From Paraspadella gotoi (Eukaryota > Animalia > Chaetognatha), in the NCBI GenBank assembly GCA_051294375.1, contig CM119268.1, forward strand, positions 2,848,854-2,912,853: 64,000 bases of DNA. Direction: 5' to 3'. Both the position numbers and the translations under genes were made by a program. Below, piece after piece: positions 1-12,035 of this stretch. The first letter of the stretch is position 1. Each line of letters opens with the position of its first letter. The notes under the pieces are model-generated. The model worked only from the letters and a program-made list of their open reading frames with translations. It ran no database searches and had not been told where the DNA came from.

Positions 1-119
1 TTCGTCGAAAGAATATTTCTTCTGTCAACTTTTAAACTTTTCTTTTCATTTAAAAAATATTTATTTTATTAGTCTTTTATTTCATAAAATCATTCTCTTT
101 CTTTCTCTCGTTCTTTCGT

Positions 120-159
<40 letters not shown>

Positions 160-315
160 TTTTTTAACCATTTTTACATTTTACATTTTTTCTTTACCTC
201 CTTTTGGTCCGTTGGTATGGTATTTATATTAATTCTTACATATTCTTTTAATGTTAGCCTTTTGCGTTGTCTTGTCGTAATTGACTGCTTCTTGTTTACT
301 ATATACTACACAACT

Positions 316-318
316 CTC

Positions 319-410
<92 letters not shown>
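316..410. repeat. (TC)n microsatellite
   Basis: Direct inspection. One of many TC/GA tracts in the window. Confidence 0.9.
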
Positions 411-414
<4 letters not shown>

Positions 415-488
415 TTCGGATCATTCACCTTCATTTGCAGCCTTCGGGTCACAAGCTCCACCCACGGGACAACGATGCCGATGAAAAC

Positions 489-520
<32 letters not shown>

Positions 521-2320
521 TCGCCGCTGTCCTACGGAATCACGTCGATGATTTATGACGCAATTTAAGCGACGAAGAAGAAAAACTTGGATACAAAGAA
601 GAAGATGTGAAGAGAGAAGAAACAATGAGAGAAGGAGGAGGAGGAGGAAGAGAAAAAAAAGAAAAGAAAGAAATTAGTTTGTTGAAAACAAGTTAAATCA
701 GAGATGACCCGAACCAAAATTAAATGTGACTCTTAATTAAGCCCGAGTCTCTTCAAGAAAAGTGGTTCTTTCCAGTCGCCGGAGAAAACGCTCCTAAATA
801 TTGTTAGCGAATTCACAAGCCGAAGTAAAGATAATAATTCGGTAAAATACTAAAAAGAAAAAAGTACTAAAAAAATAAATCAAACACTTTGCAAGGCAGA
901 TTCATTAATGATTGTGAGTTTCCAAACCTTAATAATTACTAGTCAACCATCGCCACACGGCGAGAGGGGGGGACAGCCCTGAGAAGAAAGAAAAAAGGAA
1001 GGAAAGAAAAGAAGAAAAAAAAAGCAAAAAGAAGAAAAAAAAAGAAGGGAAGAAAAAGGAATTGAGTGATGATGAAAAAAGGTTCACTCTGTGCTGGTAG
1101 TCTAACTGATCAAATTCACGTTAAATCATGCTTGGCCCACTTTAGACTTTAGGGATCAAGTTGGTTCCCCTATTTATTGGTAATGTCCCAACTGTTTCAG
1201 GGATATAGTTCTTTTCACTAAAAACTAAAATTATGGAGAGGGGGGGGGGCGGCCAGGGGTCCAGTGGAGGGGCCCGCCATTTCTCTCGCCGCCCCTGCCA
1301 CTGTAAAATCTGATACTTTCCTTCTCGAAAGATAACGATGCCTTTTTGTTCCCCTTTTTCATTCGCCCGAAAAATCGCGACGCGTGGCGAACTCTGTCGA
1401 GCAGCGGCCGAATCGACACCTCGTACCAGATTGAAAGGTTATACTGGCAGCGCACGGAGGAGGCACAAAACACAACCTCGTTCAACCTTTCTTCGTCCGT
1501 GACGCTGTACGTTCGGTCCGCGTCAAACCTAACCCAACGTTATCTCGCACGCACTTACTTGCGATTCTCTCTCGAAATAATTTTTAGAAGAAGAAACGCG
1601 ATTCGTATTTTCGTCTCCCTGGGTTCCGCTGGGCAGCTCTATTTAGAGATGGGCGAACGCACAATTTGAAGCGTACGTACAGGGCGGATGTGCGGATGCG
1701 CCTCGTACGTTTCAACGTTAAATATTCTCGATTTAATAAATGGATAAGGCGAAAATCGTTATCGGTACTCATGACTCTGTAAAATATATTTGGGAGAGTC
1801 TTTCAGTTACTTGTAATAAACTGATGCTTTTCCGGTCTCGGAAAATTTATCTATTTGCTTATGACAGTAATGTAATACTAATGAACCGTCAACCTATGGT
1901 TCTCATTCATTTTTCCTCAGACGAGCGCTTAACTCCTCGCTCCTTCGCCAACAAACGACCGTCCCCTCGTCCAAGACTTTTTACAACTTTTTAAACTATA
2001 CTAGTCAATACTTATAATTTTGTTTGTTCCGGCGTAAGAAAAACGAATCATATGTATTAAATGATATTAATAGTGAATGATTGATATCTAAACTAACTCT
2101 TAAGGTTCCAAAAGAACAAGAAAACAAAAACCAATTAGCTTCTTTTTTCTATTTTTGCAACTAAATCAACTACATCAACGCCGACAACAGCGGGAACTCC
2201 ATCACCTCAGACTATGCGCCTCGTCTCTTTTCCGACGCGGCCTTTGCTCCCACTGCCCACCTTCTCCCTCTCTCCCTCTCTCTCTCCCTCTCTCTCTCCC
2301 TCCTCTTCCGCTTCCTTCCG

Positions 2321-4594
2321 ATGACTTCAGATGGCAGCAGCGCCGATTCCCTCGTCGCCGACGCCGCGTCGGCGGCGCCGTCTCTGGTCGGCGCATTCGG
2401 CGGAAATCCGGCGGGACGGAAGCCTCCACCGGCACCGCCGCCGCCGCCTCCGCCGCTTCGACCCGCAGCAGCCGTCAGAATCGCGGGAAACCGGGGGAAG
2501 TGGGGAGGAGGAGGAGGAAGAGGAACGACGCCGGTCGTCGTTTTTGGCGCCGAATCTCCGTCGGCCGGCGTCACCGTCAAGTCCGCGTTGTCGACGTCCT
2601 TAACAGCGGCGTCGTTAGCGCCTTCGCAGGCGTCTTCGCGAAAGAAGACGCCGCAGAAAAAAGGCGCCGCCGCTGCTAGTCACACATCTCAGATCAATCC
2701 GCCCGCAGCTGTCGCCTCGTTGTCCGCCGTCCTCGACCAGCGGCCCTTTCCCGACCTCGGCGCCGCCAACGACTCCGCGCCACCTTTCGTCGTGGCGGCG
2801 TCGGCGTCGACCGGCGGCGTTGGAAAAGACGCCGCGATGGGAAAAGGGGCGGCTCTACCGACGGCGCTGAAATCTCTTCCTCCCGTCAAGAATTTCAGGT
2901 AGTTTCATCGGATCTGTGTTTTTGTTGTCGTTGTTCTTTTGAATATCGAGTTCATGTCAGATATTGTAGATATTGTAGCGCTCTTGATAAAAAAAAATAA
3001 AAAAACTCTGCATATACATCTACCGATTGCCAATTAAAAAACTTAGCGTAATCCAATCGCATCTACAAAAGACACTTTTCATACTAAAGTAAATTTTCAT
3101 AACTGATAAAAAACGACGGACAATTTTTCTTTAAAATTTGATACAAGAATAAGTTTGAAACTCTGTCTCTTCCTCATTACCGTTCCCAACGCGTCTTCAG
3201 CAAAGAACGGCACACCTGGAACGCCAACGAGGAGATCGCCGCCATCCTCATCGCCTTTGATCGCCACGCAGCTTGGATCGAGCACGAGATCCGCCAGCGG
3301 CCCGTCTCGGGCACCATGCTGCTCTATTCTCGCAAGAAGGGCAAATACAGAAAGGTTGGACACTGGACAAGCGGCATTGATTCCCATATTTAGTCGTGAT
3401 ACATTTTGCCAGGTCTTCGACCTATAGCTACAAATATAGCCCCCAGGAGGTAACCCGGAAGGCTTGAAGAAAACAATTTGTTAACTTTTACTGTTAATTT
3501 CACCTCACTTAATTTTCTTTAGATACGTATACCTCTTTTCGAAAATTAAGTTTCGGATGCAATCGTAAATCGCTGGATTTCCGCTTATTTTTCTTAGTTT
3601 TTAACATCCGGATATCCGGGTGTCTAGGATCCAAATCTCTTTATATTTTATTGAGAGACGTAAAAAAACTAAGGCGTCAAAAAGTGCGCAAAAGAAAGAC
3701 GCAGATATTTAAAAGAAAAAAAAAACTAGAATATGTAAATGAGTTTTTTTGATTCTGGCCAAGGCGACTTTTTCATCGGTCCCAAGATTTCATATTTCTT
3801 AAAAATTGACCGAAAAATGATAAAAAACTCCCTATATCGGTTTGGATTTCTTTTTGAACGAGTAAAACAGGGCAAATGAAAAGCAAATACGTACGAATTT
3901 TTTCATTTTTTTCATTTTTTCATTTTTTCATTTACTCGTTCAAAAAAAAATTTAAGTTCTATATGACGAAAAGCTTCACTTCCACCTGCTCATTTTATCC
4001 CCGCTCCATTTCCCCCCCCCCGTCCAACCCACTCCACTCCACTCCACTTCCCCGTCCGCCCAACTTATCCCTCTGACCCTGACCCGTTTCCCCTCACACA
4101 AAATAACAATAGGACGGATACTGTTGGAAGAAGCGTCGGGATGGGAAGACCACGCGCGAGGATCACATGAAGCTCAAAGTGGGGGGCACTGAATGCATAT
4201 ACGGTTGCTACGTGCATTCGGCCATACTTCCCACCTTCCACCGCCGCTGCTACTGGCTTCTGCAGAATCCCGACGTTGTCCTCGTCCACTACCTTAACGT
4301 ACCCTTCGCCGACGAAACAAAGACTTACCTTCCCTCCATGAGCTTCTTGGCCGACAAACTCGAGTGGACGGCCGACGAGCTCATGGAGCAGCTGAGTCCC
4401 ATGTTCTCTTGTCCGTCAACCGTGACGGAGGATCCGACCAAAAAGGTGAGTTTGATTGAGGAAGTTGTTTATTGCTCTCTCTATATCTGCACTTCTTTCA
4501 TTCACTTTTCTATATTTCATGGATTTTCCAGATAAAAAAGAAAGGGAGGACGACTCGTTCTGTGACATTGTATGTCTGTCGGTCTCTCTCTGTC

Positions 4595-4629
<35 letters not shown>

Positions 4630-4827
4630 TACCCAATGTCTATCTTCTCCTCCCTCAGATTCGGCGCGAGCAAACGTTAGCGTCTCTCGTGGAGCAACTT
4701 CTCTCGGCGCAAAAATCCGCCGTCGACGCTAAATCGAAGAAGCAAACCTGCGGCGTCTGTCCCGAATTAACGAAAGGTGATACGAGTTCGTTATAACGGG
4801 AAAAATTTTAAAATCCGAGAGAGAGAG

Positions 4828-4867
<40 letters not shown>

Positions 4868-7800
4868 ATCTTTCTTTTCATGTGTTTGTGTTTCAAGACG
4901 AAAAAGCGAAATTTCATAGATAATTTCTATAGTGAATTTACTTTTTCTTATCCAACAATCACGACCGACCGACCACTTTTCTTTCTTTCCCAGTGATCGT
5001 CACGACCTCCAGTCAACAGTCGTCGACGCCTCTCGAGTTCGTGATGGAGACGTCAGATGTTCAACCTCAGCCGCGTCCGGGTTGCAACCACACCAAGAAC
5101 CGGGTCATCACTCCTAAGGGCGCCACTCCGCCCGGATCGAGCGGGACATCCCCGCCGGGCCTCGTCAGTTCTGTGATCCCTTTCGCTCTCCTACCAAATT
5201 CCGAGGGGCGTCGACGGGCGTTGTCAGCCGGCTTCGAGGACACGCCAACTCGATCCAACCCCGGAAACTCGGCCGACGACGACGTCAAACCCGATCGGCT
5301 GAGGGAGATCGAGTCGCGAAACTCGATACCCGATCGGCTAAAGACGCAGAAAAATCAACCACAGCAGCAGCAACAACATCAACTGCAGCAGCAACAACAA
5401 CAGCAACAACACTTGCTGTTGCTGAACAGCCTCATACGTCTGGACGACGGGCGAACCGGCGTCGATCTCGATCCCACTTCCGGTTTTGTCGCCGGGTCCG
5501 GCGTTCCAATGGCGACGATCGCCCGACTCGCGCCGGTCACGTTGGGCGACGCCGCCCGTCAGCCGGTCGACGCCGCTCGTCCGCCGACCGACATCAGCGA
5601 GCTCGATCCGTCTTCGATCGCCGGTTTGGATCCCTCGATGCCGACGGCTTTTGCGTCGGCCGGGGGCGGCGTCGGTTCGAGTCGAGCTGCGTCGGCGGCG
5701 GCGGCTGCGGAGATGGGAACTTCGGACAGAAAAAGTAAGTTTTTTTTTGTCTTCGTTTGAAATCGATTGATAATTTATAATAATTTCAAAAAATTATTAC
5801 ACAAAACCTCATTTCATTCCACGAAAATGTTATAACCTTTTCAAAAATGAATATAACCTAGTCAAACTGAAATTATCTACTGCAATATGCAAATGAAGAT
5901 TCGGTTCCTAAATAATATCGAATCGTCGTTCAGGTTTCGACGACGTCGACAGCGATCGAATGCAAATTTCTCCCGTGGACACGAGTTTCTTATCGCTGAC
6001 TCGAGACGAAGCATTTCCCGGAAATGGTGGGGTTCCCGTCGCCGAGATGCTCGTCAAGTCTCCCGACGCCGTCTTCAAGATGAAATCCTCGGACGAGATT
6101 TTCGAAATGAAATCTCCCAAGGAGATCTTCAACATGCCGGCGGAAAGAGAGAGCGATTCTAGGTAACAAGATTGATTGATTGATTGATTGATAGATTGAT
6201 TGAAAGATTTACTCGAATTCTAATAGTAGGAACTTATGCATAAATATTATTTTGAAGAGACAGTAATTATTGATAGTTGTTTAATGACAGAACCGTTCAA
6301 TATTAGCAGTCCCTGAGCTTCGGATCAGGCTGTAACACCATGTTACAGGCGGGTTAAGCGCCCCGTCTCTCTTAACTGCCAGACGACCACCGGGCGAGAA
6401 CCCCGGACCTTTGGGTTGGGAGGCGAATGACTTGCCTCCGGCACCAATGGCCACTGATGAACGGTTGGTGGATTTTAGTCCACCATACATCCCCCCTCCC
6501 GTAGGGAGAAGTCTGCTGCATCTCTTCAGTAAATTGTTGTTGTTGGTGAAAGTTCGTCACCAAGTTGAGGCATGTCGCCTGATGTGTTGTGGCGGAAAGT
6601 GCATCGCCAGGTTGAGGCATGTCGCCTGAAATGTTGTTGTTGCTGTTGTGTTCGGAAGTCGGGCTCACCAATGAAGAGACAGTAATTATTGATAAGTGTT
6701 AATGACAGAACCGTTCAATATTAGCAGTCCCTGAGCTTCGGATCAGGCTGTAACACCATGTTACAGGCGGGTTAAGCGCCCCGTCTCTCTTAACTGCCAG
6801 ACGACCACCGGGCTAGAACCCCGGACCTTGGGTTGGGAGGCGAATGACTTGCCTCCGGCACCAATGGCACTGATGAACGGTTGGTGGATTTTAGTCCACC
6901 ATAATTTTTTAATTTAATTTATTTATTAATCAATAAGACATTATACTAATGTACTTTATTTAAAAAAAATAACTGCTCCTAAACAGACTCTTTATCTTTC
7001 AATAAACTTTAATTTACTGTTAATTTTTTTTTTAAAATCTAGGTATATAGAGTAATTTTTCTGCACATGACTGTAAAAGTTGAATAGATTTTCAATTGTT
7101 TATTTGCGCGTTTTATTTATGATTTATCTCAGAACCAAGTCAAATGTCGAATCTAGTCACATATTTCCAAAACTTACCCGAACCTTAGAAGGTAAGCATA
7201 GGTAAACCTTTCCCCTTTTGAACATCGTAGCAGTACAGTAACAAACCCTTGTTTATTAACAATTGCAGAATTTGGTGAAAATACCGACGAATCCCTGAAA
7301 CATCGTGATTGTGAGGATAATCTTCATGGAAGTAAAAGTGAGAAAATTTGTTAACTACTTAAAAACTAATTGTTAACAAATTTGTAAACTATGTATATAT
7401 TTTTCGTCCAGCTTCTGAATCTCATATTGAACCCTCTTTGCCGCCCACGTTTTTCTTCAACCTTTCTCCCTCTTGTCCGGCGGAGGTTGAAAATTTGGAC
7501 ATCGAAATGTTCGGCGATTTTCCCGTAATTTTTAGTCCAGATTTTAACGAGTCAAAAGCGGATTCTGCAAGTAAGTTCACGCAAGTTGAAATAATAATTA
7601 CATGATGTACAGATATGAAACAAACCTGTTTATTTAAATTTAGATTTTGAATGCGATCTGGGCACCCCTTGTGCTGCGAATTTTACAACCAATCGACCCT
7701 TTAAAAGTAGCGACAAAAGTGACAATGAAATTGGCGATGATTCTAACTACATCAACATGCATGTTGACAATGGTAAGAATGATGTTGCAAACGCATGCAT

Positions 7801-10800
7801 GTCACGAGAAGAATTCCAAACGAGTCGATCGGATTCGGATTCACAAGCCGTGAAACCATTATTTGTTAATATCATTGCCGTTTCACCGGACAAATGTTGC
7901 GAGGAAGACACTTCTGTTTTAATGATTATTGAAAACAAAAATATTGACGAGAACCGCTTGAAAGGAATTAAGTGCCGCTTTGGTGATCTTTCAGTAGACA
8001 CGAGCTTGTTGCAACCCAATGTTTTAAAATTTAAAACTCCGCGACACAATCCAGGAATCGTGTCTTTATTTTTGATGAGTAACGACGAAGTAATATCAAA
8101 CACTGTTAATTTTGAGTTTCGTGAGCGAATTAAATTGAACCCTCTTGAGTCACCGTTGTCCAAATCAAATTGGCTCGCTCATTACGGTTTCAATTTTCAA
8201 ACATTGCAAGAGCGGATATTAAAATACCTAGAATCTTTTTGGGCCATCCCCATATTTTCTGCAATTCTTGGTAACGATGATTTTGGGGAAACGTTCATTC
8301 TTGATATGATTGAAAAACGAGCTATTCTTGTATCTCATGCCTTATACGAGATAACTGATAAATCTCAGCAAGTTGTTATTCCTTCATTCGATTCAAAAAT
8401 GTCTTTTCTCCAAGCATTAGCGGCTCTGGGAATGACTAAAGTCATTGATTTGTTTCTCAAATGGAACAAGAGTCACTGCAACAACCTAGATTTTAGAATA
8501 GACCTTGATCCCGATTACTGTGGTATTTTTGAGGAAAATGCTTTAATGTGGGCCTGTCAATATGGTCATACAGACGCCGCGGTGCTAATTTATTGCTCTA
8601 GTTTAGCTGCTATAAATAAAGTTAGTTCTGATAAACAGGATGCCATAGAGATTTGTCGAAACAGTGGGCATGCTTTAACTGGTATGGTTTTAGAGTACAT
8701 TAAAGATGTTATTGCTTGTCAGCAAGAGCGCTCAGAAATATCATCTATTGATAAAAATACTTCGGGAATCTCTTCATCATCTTCAGCTGTCTTCTCTTTA
8801 TCATCTTCATTTGAGTCTTGTCCCTCTGATCGTTGCAATGAATGCTCGACAATACCTTGCAACCATGCCAAACCTGATCAGGGCCACAAAGTTTCTGATG
8901 AATTGGATTTAAACAAGCAAAAATTTGTGGTTAGTAATTCTGAGACGTCAGTTGCCAAACCGGTTTTTCAATCAATGCCTCCGCCACCACCGCCTCGTGA
9001 AAATGACCAACACCTTCCTAGCCATGGTGGTTCCTCCTCAGGTTCTGAGTCCGCTGAGACTCCAGCAAGTAAAGCGGAAAGAAGGAGAATAATTATGAGA
9101 AGGTTGATCAAAAGGCTTTCAGCCAAAACTAAAGAGGGAACGATTGATATTCCTGGACCTCCAGCCGGTGCTCTGCCCCCACGCAAGTCAGCTGGTCAGG
9201 AAAGCAAGTCTGTAGGCGAAGGAAAAGTGCAAGGCTTGAAGAGACAACATGAAGATCGAAACAGTATTCAGGCAAGTCCTCTTTCACCCGAGCAAATTAA
9301 AATTCAACAGCACGTGGTGCAACTATCTCAACTTCAGCAACAGCAATTGCAAAATCAGAAACTCATTCAGCAACAAAAGCCTCTTAGTTTAAAAAGTATG
9401 GCCAACAATGTTTTGCCTAAAGAAGCAGAATATTCCTCTGAAACTGAATCAAATACAAAGAAAAATTCTATTCATGAGCAACTCCAAATGCTTCATCAGC
9501 AAATTGCGCTTCAGCAGAAACAGATGCATGAAGTTCAAAAACAACAACATCAGCTAATTTTACAACAGCAAGAAATGATGAAAAAATCTATTGATAGTGG
9601 TTCGCCTGCTTCAAAGTGCATTCATGCAGAAACTGAAAAATTAAATGACAAGGCGCCAAAATGCCTCTCCCAGAAAGATGAAGGCTGCTTTTTAGCTCCA
9701 ACAAATCCGAGGCCTATAAATATTGTTTCTAAACTTCAACATCCAATCCTTGGGACATCGTGCCAAACTAAAGTTAACAAATGTAATGATTCGACTAAGT
9801 TGAAAGTAATTTCAGAAAGCTCCTTATTATCAACAGATTCAAGGCCAAATTATAATCCTAACCCACTAAATCTACCCGATCATTTGTATGCTCTGCGAGA
9901 TGATGAAGGAAATTGCTATCAGAACAATACTGATTCAAATGAAGAAGCATCAGTTTATACTTTGGCAAGCCAAATAATAGATGCTTTACCACAACACATA
10001 AAGCAACAAGATGCACCAGTACACCCACTTTCTACTGCAGATTTCAGAGCAAAGGATGTCAGCGATTCGATGGAACGAAATTCATCTGATATCCCACACA
10101 TGGGCATGATCGCTCCACCTCCTTCATCTCTGCGCCCTCATTGCTTTACTGGAAGATTTCATTGTGAAACGAACAATCCGACCAATGTACCAGAAGTATG
10201 GCGATTCGGAGAGCCCCAGCTAGAGGAGGATTCTTTTCCCGAATACGGAGCTAATGATGGAAATTTTTGCTTTGGAACCTACAGGGATGTACCTGGTACA
10301 CCTCGCTCTGCCTATTCGTCATATTCATCATCTTTGAGTCCCGCTTCATCACTGCAGAGCCCGGCCTCCTTTGCGACTTTGGAATATGAAGACGTGAATC
10401 CGCCTTCTACTGCAGAACTTAATGAGTTTTTCACCGCAACCTCGATCGGGCCCTGTACCTCCGGCTTGCCGGCGGAAGATTTCTCCCAATTAACTTTGTC
10501 CGACAAGGAACAGCGTGAATTATACGAAGCTGCCAAGGTGATTCATTCCGCTTATAAAAAATGTGGCATCGAATCCAAGGAAACAGAAAATGCTCAATCA
10601 AGTCAAAAGAAGAAAGAGAGCGGGGGTTCAAAAAGAGAGATCGAAGCCGCGGTTACCATTCAAACGTATTTTCGCAGATACAAAACTTTCATGTATTACA
10701 GACAAATGAATGAAGCCGCAACGCGTATTCAAGCTCAATTCCGAGCTTATTCCGAACACAAAAGATTCAGGCGTTCAAGGGACGCAGCTGTTTTAATTCA

Positions 10801-11623
10801 AAGTCAATATAGAACATATCGGGAGCATAAGCAGTTTTTGGCGAGCAAACATGCAGCAGTAGTAATTCAACAACGATACCGTAGTCATTATCGGAAGCGA
10901 AAGCAGCAGCAGCAGCAGCAGTTGCAACAGCAGCAGCAGAATCTTGTGACGCAGTCTGGCGCTGGTCCAACTTCTACCTCTTTATTAGTAGGTTATGCTA
11001 AAGGAAATGGAATTCACCATTATCATCCTCATCTTCATCACAATCATTTATCTCACAACAGTATGGGTTCTTCTATTAGACCTAATTTGCAAGCCAACAT
11101 GATCTCTTACTCACATCATCACCCTCATCAGTTTCATCAAAACTTTCCATTTTCCTCCACTCAGAGTATACTGCCTTCTAATCCTGTCACAGCTGGTAGC
11201 CCTTTCTCTCAGATAGTGGTACAGCATCAGCCTTCCTCACAGCAACAGCATTATGCGTCATCTGCTCAAAGCACAATGGCAGCTGCTACAGCTGCAGCAG
11301 CAATAGCACAATGTAATTTTCCACCAGAACAGCAAAATAACCTCACTACAGCTGCAAAAATGTCTAAATCAGCTCAATCTGCAAGAGAAATTACCGATGT
11401 GAATGATAAGCACTTTACAACTCTTTCTGATTTTGATTTGGACTCAGTAACTTCACTGTCATCAAACAACTGTTTGGATTCTTCTGCAATTGATTCAATT
11501 CAAGACTGGGCTGATTTGACCCCTTCTTATTCTACAGAGGCACCCATTTTAGAAGAATCAAAAATAGATAATATTTCATGTGCTAATGAAGTTTTTAATC
11601 TCTCAAGCAATCATCGCATGTGA
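2321..11623 (+). CDS. CAMTA: Calmodulin-binding transcription activator (CAMTA), 10 coding exons, about 2140 aa
   Basis: Spliced by hand with GT-AG introns and consistent phases: 2321-2898, 3201-3354, 4113-4445, 4659-4776, 4994-5734, 5934-6162, 7133-7191, 7269-7337 (alternative donor after 7331), 7412-7570, 7644-11623; total 6420 nt. Contains the CG-1 domain (KERHTWNANEEIAAILIAF...YRK|DGYCWKKRRDGKTTREDHMKLKV...PTFHRRCYWLLQNPDVVLVHYLNVP), TIG (IIAVSPD...CRFGD...KTPRHNPGIVSL), ankyrin (ALMWACQYGHTDAAVL), the conserved LTLSDKEQRELYEAAKVI and four IQ motifs. The start codon is the least certain part. Confidence 0.93.
3201..4445 (+). CDS. CAMTA: CAMTA exons 2-3 encoding the CG-1 DNA-binding domain
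   Basis: Exons 3201-3354 and 4113-4445 join in phase 0 (RK|DGYCW) and closely match the animal CAMTA CG-1 sequence. Confidence 0.95.
6253..6903 (-). mobile_element. Non-autonomous LTR retrotransposon in miniature (TRIM) with tRNA-like LTRs, in CAMTA intron 6
   Basis: Two near-identical ~233-bp direct repeats (6253-6487, 6672-6903). On the - strand each LTR reads TATGGTGG...TCTCTTCA. PBS TGGTGAGCCCGAC (6670-6658) lies one base after the 5' LTR, and PPT GGGAGGGGGGATG (6500-6488) directly precedes the 3' LTR. 4-bp TSD ATTT at 6249-6252 and 6904-6907. Internal region is 184 bp and non-coding. Confidence 0.88.
6385..6452 (-). other. tRNA-Gly-like segment with Pol III A/B-box-like motifs inside the TRIM LTR (also in the copies at ~6804-6869 and ~54457-54530)
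   Basis: The - strand reads GGCCATTGGTGCCGGAGGCAAGTCATTCGCCTCCCAACCCAAAGGTCCGGGGTTCT(C/A)GCCCGGTGGTC, aligning by eye with eukaryotic tRNA-Gly (GCATTGGTGGTTCAGTGGTAGAATTCTCGCCT.CCAC...CCCGGGTTCGATTCCCGG). The anticodon arm is degenerate, so this is not a functional tRNA. Confidence 0.65.
7644..11623 (+). CDS. CAMTA: CAMTA terminal exon (3980 nt): TIG, ANK, poly-Q, IQ motifs
   Basis: Acceptor tttag at 7639-7643, in frame with the 1288-aa ORF 7757-11623. IQ motifs: IQTYFRRYK, IQAQFRAY, IQSQYRTY, IQQRYRSH. Confidence 0.93.
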
Positions 11624-12035
11624 AAAAAATTTTTGGGCATTGATGGCTTTGAATACAATTGAAATTAAAAAAAAATTACTCTTGTAAATGAATATTTTTC
11701 AATTTTCTATGATACCCTGCATACCTTTGTTAAAAAAAAAGAATACACTATTTTATAAATTGCTGATATTTTATACTAAATTATCTCCTGTATGCAGGCC
11801 CTCGGTGGTTACAAGTTTGAAAAATTAAATGTTCCTTTTTCTACTGTGTCTTTAATACTATAATTTATACATGTTTGAAGTATTTATTTTCAAATTGCTT
11901 GCAAAAAATGTCTGTTACGATTTGATTGCTTATGATTAGCTTTGTTTTCACGGTTTTTTTTTTCATGGATTTTGCGGCAATAGTGATTAGATTTTCATAG
12001 ATTTTCATTTTTATTATTCCATTATGATATTATTA

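Noticed and set aside
217-558. [16 protein letters not shown] and poly-X ORFs in the ORF track (here and throughout)
   Set aside because: They are translations of TC/GA/AAAG microsatellites or N gaps.
2155-2679. Arg-rich overlapping ORFs on CAMTA exon 1 and on the NHE GC-rich exons
   Set aside because: These are shadow frames of GC-rich coding sequence.
6385-6452. Functional tRNA-Gly gene
   Set aside because: The anticodon stem does not pair, the T-loop is shifted, and the segment is embedded in a repeat.
6454-6487. CTGATGA in the LTR as a hammerhead ribozyme core (retrozyme)
   Set aside because: There is no stem II followed by GAAA and no stem III/NUH arrangement, and the motif is on the strand opposite to the PBS/PPT polarity.
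6291-6487. Helentron/HINE reading (sub-terminal inverted repeat plus 3' hairpin)
   Set aside because: The PBS, PPT, paired LTRs and two different 4-bp TSDs fit an LTR element much better.
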